This document shows positions 10,445 to 21,478 of a stretch of DNA of 40,000 nucleotides, one piece after another; within the stretch, counting starts at the first letter, position 1; each line of letters starts with the position of its first letter. The notes beneath the pieces were generated by a model that was not told the origin of the DNA, did not search any database, and was given only the letters and a program-made list of their open reading frames with translations. Source of the stretch: Prevotella phage Lak-A1; sequence record MK250015.1. One strand, written 5' to 3'. A program made the position numbers and the translations under genes.

Positions 10445-11317
10445 ATGAAGAAAATATTTAAGTTAAATAATAATATTTGTGATCAGATACTTAATGAAGC
10501 ACAAATACATTTTACTAAAAATTGTTCAAACAGATGTCCTTTCTGTATTGATGCATTTAATAATGGTGTTGGAAATAAAAAACCAGATATAGATAAGATC
10601 TTTTTATCAGTATTAAACATAAAAGATAAAATAGATGATATTGCAATATCAGGTGGTGAACCAATGCTTTATATTGATGAACTGTTACAATTAGTCAGAA
10701 ATATAAAAAGATTTGCAAAATTAAATGTTACTGTTATTACATCAATGCCTATTACATGTTGGACACATAAAGAAACATTTTTCGAAATAATAAAGATAAT
10801 AGATCATCTTATTATTTCACCACAACATTATGATCAGGAAATTGGTGATAAAATCAGAGGTTGTAATTCATTTTATAATAGAGAAAAATTATTCAGTGAA
10901 ATACCATATAAAAATAAAGTTTCATTAACTATTAATATTATAAAAGGTTATTTCAATGATAAACAAGATATTATAGATAATATAAAGTTTTTTGAAAAAT
11001 TAGGTTATTCTAATTTCAAATTAGCAGAAATATTTGAACATGATGAACTTTATGTTTCCATAGAGGATTTATTAGGTTTTAAATTACCTTCTCCTTTTTC
11101 ATATGGATGTTCAACAAAACATTTTGATCTATCTCCATATTTAGGATATAATTCAAATTCTGATTTTACTATTAAACGATGCTGTTTTTATAAGACTCAT
11201 AAACAACATGCGTCTATTAATGATTTATTGAAAATATTAATCAGACCATTTTTTGCAAAAAAATATTTTTTCTGTATTATATATGAAGATGGAAAAATTG
11301 TCAGAAGATGGTTCTAA
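10445..11317 (+). CDS. radical SAM domain protein
   Basis: CSNRCPFC (CxxxCxxC cluster motif) and AISGGEPMLY; further C-terminal cysteines at GCSTKHF and KRCCFY. ATG at 10445 is preferred over the track start at 10439 (TTG). Confidence 0.85.
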   Translation: MKKIFKLNNNICDQILNEAQIHFTKNCSNRCPFCIDAFNNGVGNKKPDIDKIFLSVLNIKDKIDDIAISGGEPMLYIDELLQLVRNIKRFAKLNVTVITSMPITCWTHKETFFEIIKIIDHLIISPQHYDQEIGDKIRGCNSFYNREKLFSEIPYKNKVSLTINIIKGYFNDKQDIIDNIKFFEKLGYSNFKLAEIFEHDELYVSIEDLLGFKLPSPFSYGCSTKHFDLSPYLGYNSNSDFTIKRCCFYKTHKQHASINDLLKILIRPFFAKKYFFCIIYEDGKIVRRWF

Positions 11318-11338
11318 AAATAAAATTAGTTAATAATT

Positions 11339-11800
11339 ATGGATGTTAGAAAAATATTAGATAATATTACCAAATATATAGGTGATTATATTGCATCACA
11401 TGCAGATAGAAATGAACTATTGAATAGTTATAATACTATAACAAAAATTGATAGTGCAATTAAAAATATTGATAGTACATTGGAAACAATAGATGATAAT
11501 GAATTATCAGATCGATTAAAAGAATATAAACATAAGAAGGAAGAAGAAAAAGAAAAGATAATGGATGAATTACTGTATAAAGTATTACCTAAACCTTCTG
11601 TTATTGATATTAATGATTATTCAACAGATGGAAGTAATTATTATACATTAAATAGTAAGGAAAAAAATACACTAAATTTTAAAGAAGTAATTAAAGAAAA
11701 ACCAAAAGAAAAACCAATAACTACCAGAGATTATTATGAAACATATTCAGGTGGATGTGGAAATACATATGGTGGTTTTTCTCGTTCTGGAGGATGTTAA
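11339..11800 (+). CDS. hypothetical protein, 153 aa, Lys/Glu-rich with C-terminal Gly/Cys tail YSGGCGNTYGGFSRSGGC
   Basis: ORF 22 nt after the radical SAM gene; direct reading of the C-terminus. Confidence 0.75.
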   Translation: MDVRKILDNITKYIGDYIASHADRNELLNSYNTITKIDSAIKNIDSTLETIDDNELSDRLKEYKHKKEEEKEKIMDELLYKVLPKPSVIDINDYSTDGSNYYTLNSKEKNTLNFKEVIKEKPKEKPITTRDYYETYSGGCGNTYGGFSRSGGC

Positions 11801-11835
11801 ATAATAAATTCAATAAATTAATAAACTAATAAATT

Positions 11836-11925
11836 ATGAAATTTTTATTTTTTATATTTTTTATGTACATTATTATAAAGTTATTTAATAACAATAATAA
11901 TAATTCAAATTTAAGTTTAAATTAA
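11836..11925 (+). CDS. tiny membrane peptide (29 aa, MKFLFFIFFMYIIIKLFNNNNNNSNLSLN)
   Basis: Complete ATG-TAA reading, strongly hydrophobic; not in the ORF track. Confidence 0.3.
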   Translation: MKFLFFIFFMYIIIKLFNNNNNNSNLSLN

Positions 11926-11955
11926 ATGAGTATACTATTTTAAATAAAGCACATT

Positions 11956-12891
11956 ATGACAAAAGATGATTTAATAAAGAAATTTCCTATACCACAATTT
12001 AGTAAGTTTCCTGATAACAAAATAAATGAATTAATAGATTTATGCCTTGATACAGCAAAATCATATCATCAGATAAATGAGATAATTTATAATTATATCA
12101 AATATAATTTTGCACATTCAACATATTTGATATATGAAAGTGATACAGTTGATGGAGAACTGTCAAAAGATGAATTTGAAAATAATTTCAATTATGAAAG
12201 TTTTAATGCATGGTATTATGGATATTTGTCTAAAGATAATTATAATACATTGTTAAAGTATGGTGAATATTTAAATGGAAGAACAATAGATATTCCTACA
12301 TATTCAATACAAGATTGGATTAAAGATGTTGAAATTTATTTTAAGTTAACACATAAATCTCATAGAACATTATTTGATGCATGTAAACTTATTTCTGATA
12401 TTGTATATAAAGATGTTTTTGATGAGAATTACCAAAGTCTTAGAACAAAGTATCATACTAAACAAACATTAATGCTTCAGGGATTGGGTATTCTGTTGAA
12501 ACAGAATTCAATGTCGAAAGTAACAAATGAAAATAAAGAAAAGTTTTATAAAGAATTAATGAAATATTTCATGTATCCTAAATATTTTGGTTATATGAAA
12601 GAAAATTACAGATATTCATTATCAAAGAAAAAACTTCCAAAGAAGACAAAGAAATTTTTACATAATCCTATGGTAAACAATATATCCGGTCGAAATAGAT
12701 TTAATAAGATTAAACAGAATCTTTTTTATAATCGTATATATTCTGATTATGGACCATATGGAGAATTTCTTAATATATTCAGAAACGCAGGAATATCAGA
12801 TGAGATTGCAAGAAAAATTTGTCCTTGGAAAGAATCTGCTATGATTAATTTTGAGGATATGTCAGTTGTTGTAAATGGTATATATTATTAA
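11956..12891 (+). CDS. hypothetical protein, 311 aa
   Basis: Long supplied ORF. Confidence 0.7.
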   Translation: MTKDDLIKKFPIPQFSKFPDNKINELIDLCLDTAKSYHQINEIIYNYIKYNFAHSTYLIYESDTVDGELSKDEFENNFNYESFNAWYYGYLSKDNYNTLLKYGEYLNGRTIDIPTYSIQDWIKDVEIYFKLTHKSHRTLFDACKLISDIVYKDVFDENYQSLRTKYHTKQTLMLQGLGILLKQNSMSKVTNENKEKFYKELMKYFMYPKYFGYMKENYRYSLSKKKLPKKTKKFLHNPMVNNISGRNRFNKIKQNLFYNRIYSDYGPYGEFLNIFRNAGISDEIARKICPWKESAMINFEDMSVVVNGIYY

Positions 12892-12892
12892 T

Positions 12893-14059
12893 ATGAATGA
12901 TAATCAATAGATAAATGATGATTATATAGTTTCTTTATTTTTTACAAGTAAAACAAATCCAAATAGAATAAGGAAAACAACATCATACATTATAGATAAT
13001 AATGATGATATAAAAAATTATCTTATAAATAGGTTTCCTGATTTCAGAAATGATTTTAAAGAAGTTTTACACAGAATAAAATATAACATAGAAGAAATAC
13101 CAAAATGCCCTATATGTGGCAACCCATTAAAGTATTATGGTCTTTCTTCTATGTTATATGGTAAAACATGTTCTCGAAAATGTCAATATGAATATATGAA
13201 AACAGAAGAGTTTCAAAGTAAAATGGATTATACATCGTACATGAGTAATCCAGAAAATATTAAGCGAATACAAGAAAAAAGGAAACAGAAAATTGATGGA
13301 ATAAAAGAAAAAACAAAAAGAACTCTTCTTGAACGATATGGTGATTCACACTATAATAATCGAAATAAATGTAGACAAACATGTTTAGAAAAATATGGTG
13401 TTGATAGTCCCATGTTATTAGATTCAGTAAAAAATAAAATTAAAGAAACTAATATTAAACGATATGGTGTCGAATGGTCTGCACAAAATAAAGAAATAAA
13501 TCAAAAAACAATTAATACACAAATTAAAAAATATGGTGGTGTTTTCAATCCTGAAAAAGTAAAGAAAACGAATATAGAGAAATATGGTGTAGAAAAACCA
13601 TTTATGTCATCTGATATACAAAATAAAGTTAGGAGTAAAATAGATATTATTTTACAAAAAGTAAATAATACTAAACGTATAAATGGAACATTTAATTCAT
13701 CTAATACAGAGAAAATTTCTAAAACATTATTAATCGAAAAATTTGGTGTGAATAATGTAATTGAACAATATAAATCAGATTTATATCCATTTTATTGTGA
13801 TTTCTATATTAAAAATTTAGATTTATATATTGAATGTAACTATCATTGGACACATGGTGGACATATATTTAATAAAGATAATATAAATGATATTGAAAAA
13901 TTAAATAAATGGAAGCAAAAGAATACAAAATTTTATAATAATGCTATAGAAGTATGGACTAAACGAGATCAATTAAAAATAAAAACAGCAAAAGATAATA
14001 ATTTAAATTATAAAGCATTTTATTCATTAGACGAATTAAAACAATATTTAGAAATTTAA
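12893..14059 (+). CDS. zinc-finger and RYGV-repeat phage nuclease-like protein (homing/Vsr-type endonuclease-like)
   Basis: ATG at 12893 with TAG at 12908 as Gln; CPICG...CSRKC finger; repeated LERYGD/LEKYGVDS/IKRYGVEW/IEKYGVEK units; C-terminal YPFYCDFYIKNLDLYIECNYHWTHGG. In frame with track ORF 13151-14059. Confidence 0.65.
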
Positions 14060-14093
14060 TTATAAATATAAGAAATAAAATTTTAATTATTAA

Positions 14094-15518
14094 ATGAAAG
14101 TAACAACAAAGAAAGCTAAAGGTTTAGATGCACATATTATTAATGATAGTAATAAAAAAATAGTAAGAACTATAACAGATTTTTTAAATACAGATTATAA
14201 AGATTATACAAAGTATGTAATTGCAACACGAGCATTACCTAGTTTACTAGACGGCTTTAAAGTAGGCGCAAGAAAAATTATGCATGCAGCTTTCCACGGA
14301 GGAATGAAAAACGGAAAGGAAATTAAGAATTTAAATCTTGTAGGTGATGTTTATAATTTAACTCTGTACATGCATGGTGACGCTAGTTTAACAAACACTA
14401 TATTCACCCTTGCAGCAGAATTTCGTGATAATCTTAATCCTATTACTATAACAGGTCAGCATGGTTCATTACGAGATGAAAAAGCCGTTTCTGCTCCTCG
14501 TTATCTTTTCTGTAAGTTATCACCATATGCAAATTTATATAAAGCAGATGAGGATCTTTTGGAATATGTGTTTGATGAAGGTACATATCTTGAGCCTGTA
14601 AATTATTGGCCAATTATTCCTACTGTAATTACATCTAGATCAGAAGGTATGGCACCTGGTTATAAATTCAGTTCATTTTCATATAATCCTGTTGATGTTA
14701 TTGATGCATGTATTGAAATGTTGAATACTGGTGATATTAAAGAAACTGTGATTAGACCATATGTTAGAGGTATTAGTGAAGATAGGTTTACATTTGATAC
14801 AGACGTAAATAAATGGTTAAATTCTGGTGTATATAAAGTAGATATTAAGAATGATATATTTCAGGTAACTGATTTGCCATATGATACAGGTTTTGATAAG
14901 TTTGAGAAACGTCTTAATGATATGGTTGAAAAAGGATTTCTTAAAGATTGGAAGAATTATTCACAGGATGATAAGTTGAATTATTGGTTAATTTTCCCTA
15001 AGAAACAACTTGAGCGTGAGATGAAACCAGATCGAAAAGATAAACTTTTTAAGAAAATAGGACTATATACATATGTACCAGATGATTTGTTATATGTTCT
15101 TGATGAAAATAAGAAGGTAAAACATTTCATTAATAAAGAAGAACTTATAAAGTATTTTGTTAATATTCGTCTTAATAAGTATAATGATCGAAAAGATCGG
15201 TTAGTTACTGTTATGGAGAAACGATATGAAGATAACAACAATCTTTGTAGATTCATTGAATTGGTTAATAATGGAGATTTGATTATTTCTAACAGAAAGA
15301 GAAAGGATGTTGTAGCAGATTTGAAGAAATATGATTTACCTGATTCTGTTTTACAAATTCAAATTTCTAAGTTAACTGATGAAGAGAAAAAAGAATTAAT
15401 TAAGAAAAACAAAGAGATAGAAAAAGAGCTTAAGTATATTAAGAAAACAACCATAAAGGATATGTATCTTGATGATTTGAGGAATTTAAGAAAGACTCTT
15501 GAAACTGAATTTTGTTAA
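14094..15518 (+). CDS. DNA topoisomerase II medium subunit (T4 gp52/GyrA-like)
   Basis: IATRALPSLLDGFKVGARKIMHAAF, YMHGDASLTNTIFTLA, ITGQHGSLRDEKAVSAPRY. Confidence 0.92.
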   Translation: MKVTTKKAKGLDAHIINDSNKKIVRTITDFLNTDYKDYTKYVIATRALPSLLDGFKVGARKIMHAAFHGGMKNGKEIKNLNLVGDVYNLTLYMHGDASLTNTIFTLAAEFRDNLNPITITGQHGSLRDEKAVSAPRYLFCKLSPYANLYKADEDLLEYVFDEGTYLEPVNYWPIIPTVITSRSEGMAPGYKFSSFSYNPVDVIDACIEMLNTGDIKETVIRPYVRGISEDRFTFDTDVNKWLNSGVYKVDIKNDIFQVTDLPYDTGFDKFEKRLNDMVEKGFLKDWKNYSQDDKLNYWLIFPKKQLEREMKPDRKDKLFKKIGLYTYVPDDLLYVLDENKKVKHFINKEELIKYFVNIRLNKYNDRKDRLVTVMEKRYEDNNNLCRFIELVNNGDLIISNRKRKDVVADLKKYDLPDSVLQIQISKLTDEEKKELIKKNKEIEKELKYIKKTTIKDMYLDDLRNLRKTLETEFC

Positions 15519-16321
15519 TGGAAAATTTATTTGATGACGATATTTTATTAAATGATGATAATGATGTTACTTCAGTGTTTGGTGATACTGCGGTAACATC
15601 ATTATCTAATTTAGTTAATGATAATTTGAATTATCTTAAATTCAATAGTTATATAAATAATGATATTTATAAACGACATAATGCTTTTTATGCTTATATG
15701 GATTCATTTGAAGGCTATGGACAATATAAAAATTATTTTGACGTTGTGACATTTGATGTTAATAGTCCTTATAGTATTTCATTGAATATAAAGGGATTAT
15801 TAGGTGAAAAATATCACTGTAGACATTATAAGAATTGTTTATTAGGTGTTATAGATACTAATATAATTAAAGCTATACCACATATTACAAATATTAATAT
15901 AGAACCTTTATATGATTTTTATGAAGTAAATGAAAAATGTACGAAATTTTTAATATTCATGACATTATCAAAATATCGTGATAAAAATAAAAGTAATTTA
16001 ATAGATGATGAATTTATTGAGAATATAAAAGAGTTTATATTAAATTTTAAAGATAATAACATATATTATGAATTAGTATTTGAAAATGTAGTATTTGAAT
16101 TTGAATCAATTAAAAAATTTAATAATTTATTACCATCTAATATAAAAATTCAAATAACAGGAGATTGTAAAATACATCTACCAGATGATATTATTGCTAA
16201 ATATAAACAAGTTCAACAAGATATGCAAATTTCATTATTTGCTAATACATATCCTGACTTTGATGATTGTGATAATATTACATTTAATATATTTTCAGTA
16301 CTTAAAGATTTGAGATATTAA
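15518..16321 (+). CDS. hypothetical protein, 267 aa, starts MENLFDDDILLNDDND
   Basis: ATG overlaps the topoisomerase TAA stop (taatg). The track start at 15512 is a TTG. Confidence 0.65.
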   Translation: MENLFDDDILLNDDNDVTSVFGDTAVTSLSNLVNDNLNYLKFNSYINNDIYKRHNAFYAYMDSFEGYGQYKNYFDVVTFDVNSPYSISLNIKGLLGEKYHCRHYKNCLLGVIDTNIIKAIPHITNINIEPLYDFYEVNEKCTKFLIFMTLSKYRDKNKSNLIDDEFIENIKEFILNFKDNNIYYELVFENVVFEFESIKKFNNLLPSNIKIQITGDCKIHLPDDIIAKYKQVQQDMQISLFANTYPDFDDCDNITFNIFSVLKDLRY

Positions 16322-16620
16322 AATAAAGAATTCGAATTAACATTATCATCAACAATTTCATATGCATGAGAAATAAATGAATCAATATCAGTATCTTCTT
16401 TAAGGATAACTTTTGTTTGTAACATATCTAAATATCCTTTATTAATATTTTCATAAATAGGAATTTTATTTTTCTCAAAATCTTTATGAATAATAATATA
16501 AGGACAAAAGCTAAATTCTGATAAGTATGATTCTTGATAACCTATGTTATGGAGTTTAGATAATAGTTTATTTAAGTCAGATACATTATTAATATGAATA
16601 TAGTATATTTTATAAAACAT
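16318..16620 (-). CDS. hypothetical protein, 100 aa
   Basis: Supplied ORF, convergent with the preceding gene. Confidence 0.55.
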   Translation of the reverse strand: MFYKIYYIHINNVSDLNKLLSKLHNIGYQESYLSEFSFCPYIIIHKDFEKNKIPIYENINKGYLDMLQTKVILKEDTDIDSFISHAYEIVDDNVNSNSLF

Positions 16621-16678
16621 TTTATTTAAATTATTTATAAATTATATAGTTAAATTAACGAAAAGATTATAAAAAGTA

Positions 16679-17032
16679 ATGAAAAAAGACAAAACTCGAC
16701 AATTATATAATACATATGCAGGAAAAGAGAAAATAGAATTATTTAATCGTTATTATGGGAAAATATATTTAGAACCGATTTCAGAAGATTCATATCAATT
16801 AATTGGTCCAGAAAATATTTATACATTTATGAGAGTTGGATTTAAGGATTTAGGTAAAGCTCGTACAGATTATACTAATATAGAGTTTATAGATCCAGAT
16901 GGAGGTCCATATATTTCAGTTGGAAGTATTATAGGTACTCGTAATGAAGTTATAACAAATATTATATGTGTTAAAGTAGAAAAGAAAGCAGTTTATATTA
17001 TAGAAGTAAAAAAGGAAGATCAAAAAGATTGA
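16679..17032 (+). CDS. hypothetical protein, 117 aa
   Basis: Supplied ORF followed by a terminator-like hairpin. Confidence 0.6.
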   Translation: MKKDKTRQLYNTYAGKEKIELFNRYYGKIYLEPISEDSYQLIGPENIYTFMRVGFKDLGKARTDYTNIEFIDPDGGPYISVGSIIGTRNEVITNIICVKVEKKAVYIIEVKKEDQKD

Positions 17033-17043
17033 TCTTCCTTTTA
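17009..17043 (+). terminator. hairpin terminator between convergent genes
   Basis: aaaggaagatcaaaaagattgatcttccttttatt. Confidence 0.7.
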
Positions 17044-17048
17044 TTATT

Positions 17049-18197
17049 TTAATCAAAAATATCATGAAAATGTTCTAATGTTTCATCTGTTAACCTAACA
17101 ATTACACATGAATCAATTTTATTACCTATACTATATCTATCAGTATTTTCATTATTACATTTACTAAGAATCTCAGAATTAATATTTTTATAGAAATAAA
17201 ATGTTAACCCATTTTTTGTTAATTCATATACAGCATTATTATTATCTTTTTCTATATCGTTTAACGGATATATATTTTTCTGTAATAACCAAATTAAAAA
17301 CGTAGGTATATTATATTCTTTTGAATTTTTACATAAATTTACTTGACGTTTCCAATTAAAATAAACTATACCATATGGTTCATTTTTATCATCAATATAA
17401 AAACTATTATCTTTAATAACATTTAAAGTTCCTAGTTTTTTATAACGTGATTTTAAAAATGATATACGTTTATTTATATCTTTTGTTTTAATAATAATAT
17501 CTTTCTAGTTATTATCATCTTTTTCTTCATATATAACTTTACCTGTTAATTTAAGAATTGCAGTAAATGTTGATTCATTATAATTATATGGAATACCACA
17601 TCCAGAAGGTGACTGATATGATAACATTATACCTTCATCTTCAGATAATAAAATCGTTTTATATGTTGGATCATTTCTAAAACACTCTTGAACAATTTCA
17701 GGCATTGCAGGAAATATTTTATTAACCCAATTGTCATATTCATGTTCTAATTTTAAATAACCACAATTTGCATATAACTCACTATCTTTAGGTGGTAATC
17801 CTCGTGTAAGTCCAAGTGATTCCTTTTCTTTACATTTACCATCATAAAATGATAAATTATTAACAAATGCATAAGGACAATTTGATACTCTATATACATT
17901 AAATTTTTTCTTTTTTAATGCATCCATCATATCTTCTAATGCTTTATCTGGATATAAAGAACCCTTTCTGCCTCTATGTATAAGAACCTCTTTGTTATTA
18001 ATCTTTTCATATTTCCAACTACGTGGTTTATCGATACCGAGAAGATCTACCACAATTGGTTTTAAATCATTTTCTGCGAATCGAGCAGATAAATCGGTAT
18101 CGATTGAACCTGTAGTTTCATCGGATAATATATCATCATCAAATAAGTCTGAAAATGATTCAAATAATTTCAATAAATTATATATATTCTTTTTCAT
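17049..18197 (-). CDS. hypothetical protein, 382 aa, N-terminal LFESFSDLFDDDILSDE; in-frame TAG at 17505
   Basis: Track ORF 17505-18197 ends in TAG; the same frame continues to TAA at 17049-17051. Confidence 0.7.
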
Positions 18198-18227
18198 ATT
18201 TTTAATTATTCTATTATGATATATTTA

Positions 18228-21200
18228 TTATGCAAGAACTAACAAGATAGGAGTTAATGTAGCTGATTTCCATGTTGCATAATAAGTGACTGAACTATTT
18301 ATAGTAACTGTACTTGTAGAACCACTTGTTGCAGTACTGCTTGTAGACCATCCGTTAAAAATATAATTATTGCGTGTAGGTACATAACTTCCTATATTAA
18401 ATGTTCCTTTTGTATATGTAATATATGGATTTGATGTTGTATATTCTTTACCACTTACTGTTAATGTACCATTATTAGGGTTAAGAACAACTTTATAACT
18501 TGCTATTGTTAACTATAAATATACATTTGTTGGATTAGATGTTACAGTTGCTGTTGAATTAGATAATAAAGTACCACCAGATGCTGCAGTATACCATGCA
18601 CCCGTATATCTTATCGTATTATCAACTTTTCTAATAGGATTTGCTAATGGTATAGGAGCAGTTAGAGAACTATATTTTGTTCCATAAGCTACAGATGAAC
18701 TTTTTGCTAATGTTACATCATCTGACCAAATAATAACCATTGAATCTGTATTATTCCAATTAATTGTACATGTATTAGCTGAACTTGTATATATAGCATA
18801 AAAATTAAAAGTTGAGATTGTTGTAGTTAATGTATATGGAAATGTAACTACATTTCCATTTGTTGTTAAAGACCAACCTTTAAATTTATAAATCGTTGAG
18901 GTAGTTGCTGTTTTTGATGGACTTGATGAATATGCAGAAATAGAATCTCCATAATTTTTCTTTTCTGATTTCTATGTAGAACCATCACTGAAAGTACCAC
19001 CGTTTGAATTCCAATATACAGTTTTTTGAGTAACTGTATACATTGCATTAAATAGTATAGGTGTCGTACCTAATGTAATACTTACAGGAAATTTTGTATA
19101 ATATGTACTATTATAATACCAACCAAGAAATGTATTACCTGTTTTACTAGGAGTATTTTTATAACCTATATCAGATGGCTAACATTTAATCGATCCAGGA
19201 TTATGATAATCATATATTGCATTACTTGTTGATGTTCCGCCTGATGCTGGTGAAAGTTGTCCACCATTTGGATCCCAAGAAACTTTTACATAACCAGTAG
19301 AAGCGGTGCTCCAACGAGCATATAAATTTATATCACCAGTTAATAAAGATCCACTTGTTACTGCATTACCTGTTGTTGTTGTTGAATAGTTACCAAGGAA
19401 TACATATTTTAAATTACTACCTTCTACCCATGTAGGTGTTTCATCTGGTATTAATCCTGTATATGGTGTATCTTTACTAAATTTCTTTGTAATTGATTCA
19501 TTACCAGTAGTTTTACTCCATTTCGCGTATGTATTGTTTTTATGAAATGTTACTGTATATAATGTTGTATTACCTGTTTGTGATGCTATTGCAGTATCTG
19601 AATAACTACTATATTTTCCAGTAAATGTATATGTTCTATTGGTTTTACTTGACTATATATTTGGTATTGTCGGTTTGTTACCTGTAAACGAAAATGTGTT
19701 CTGTTGTGTTTGTCCATATTCTCTATATGTACCAGAAAATGTTGTTGAACTTGTTACATTTGTATTTGTAGGATTTGTACTTGTAGCACCGGATGTCCAT
19801 GTTACATTAAATTTTTTTATTAATGTTGCGGTTAAAGTAGCAGAACCACCTTTATAGTCAAATGAAGTTGGACTTACTGAAACAGATAAGTTTGTACTTG
19901 TTGGATTTGATGCTTGTGTACCACTATTTCCCTATCTTGTTAATGTAACTTTTGATGATGCTTCTAAAAACTTACCACTTGCATTTTTAACGTCATGCTA
20001 TTTTCCATTATATGTATGCTTTAAATTTTTAATATCAACTGTAAAATTTGTATACTAAATATCTGCAGCTTTTGGCGTAGTTCCTAATGAATTTGCAGTA
20101 AAAGATGTTGGTGTAAATGTATACATGGCAGCAGTTAAATCATTAAATGTCCATGTAACTGTTTCTGTTACTGTCTTATTTTCCATAGACGTATAAGTCC
20201 AGTCATAAGTACCTTTCAATGTACAGTCTGTTGCAGTTATAGTTTTACCAGATGCAGGAAAATGATAACCAGATTTATCTTTAGTATAGCTATATTCTGT
20301 TATTTTCAGATTAGAATATATAAATGCTTTTGATTCATTTGGACCATCTAATTTCTATGAAACTGATACTTCATTTGATGTTATACCATCATACGTTGTT
20401 TTGAACTTTATTGTTCTTGCTGAAGTAGATGCAGGAATTTTATATGATGTTCCTTTAGTTGATGAAACACCAGTTATTCCAGTTATTGTATATGTCTAAT
20501 TAGCATTAACTGCTTCAGGACCTTGATTTGCATCACTTCCACCACCAGATGTTGAACCAGATGTATACTAATAAACAACTTTATTTAATGTATACTTTCT
20601 CTATAATGTAAATGTTACAGTTCCTCCTGAACTATATACTGTTGTAGGACTTACAGATAATATTACGCTGGTGGTTTTCTTTGATTCTGGTGTTTTAATT
20701 GTCTTAGTGTTTGCTGCTTGCTTAACTGTAAAACTAGGATGTGTTAATGTAACTCCATCAATTGTTGTTTGTTTCTGTGTTGTACCTCCTGCTGCTATAG
20801 TTTTAACATCAGTGACACCAGATTCTGTAGTGCCTTTTGTTGTAGCACTTACTGTAGAAAAGGTTATATTTTCTGTTACATTTTCTGTTTCACCTGTATT
20901 ATATGTTTTCCTAAAAGTTAATGTACCCGAACTTATATTTCCTCCGCTTGCAGGAATTAAATTTGTAGTAATACTTGCATTATCTAATTTAGTTACATAC
21001 TTATTACGTTTTGTTTGCGTTACAGTAACTGTTATAGAATAGCTTCCAGTTTCATCTGTATATTGTGCAGTATCTGTATATGTTCTGTCAGATGTTGCAT
21101 TATCACGTTTTCCAAAAGTAAATGTAAATCCATCTTCTTTATTTCCTGTTGTATTTACTCTACAATCAGATGCTATTCCGCTAAATGATGGTATCAAATA

Positions 21201-21455
21201 ATGTTTTTCAGTAACAGGTGATATAACAAATCCTTCTCTAACTGTATTAGTTCTTTCAACCCAACATTTACAGTTGACTGTTGTTCCACCTTCCCATGAT
21301 ATAGATGGTATTGTTTGAGGCTCTTTATGTGTAGTCCATTTTCCATAGGAAACTGTTTTCTTTACATAGAAACGTCTGGAAGTTTTCTGTCCTTCCCAAC
21401 ACACATGTTGTTTTTTCTATACATCAACTGCTTTATTATTATTTTTTATAATCAT
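18228..21455 (-). CDS. large repeat surface/host-recognition protein, 1075 aa, with Ig/BACON-like and Listeria-Bacteroides (InlB B-like) repeats
   Basis: ATG at 21455, TAA at 18228-18230, length divisible by 3; contains track ORFs 20601-21404 and 18513-18740 in frame; at least 10 in-frame TAG. Motifs VSPTTVYSSGGTVTFTL, VSPTSFDYKGGSATLTA, TPSKTGNTFLGWYYN, NNYIFNGWSTSS. Confidence 0.8.
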
Positions 21456-21478
21456 GTTTATTAATAAATAATCAATTT

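Noticed and set aside
10439-10445. TTG start for the radical SAM gene (MNMKK...)
   Set aside because: ATG two codons downstream is a simpler start; similarly ATG is preferred at 15518 over 15512 and at 31802 over 31748.
20671-21042. Plus-strand 123-aa ORF (and 19639-19857) opposite the adhesin gene
   Set aside because: Antisense of a repeat-rich coding region; no independent start signals or family motifs.
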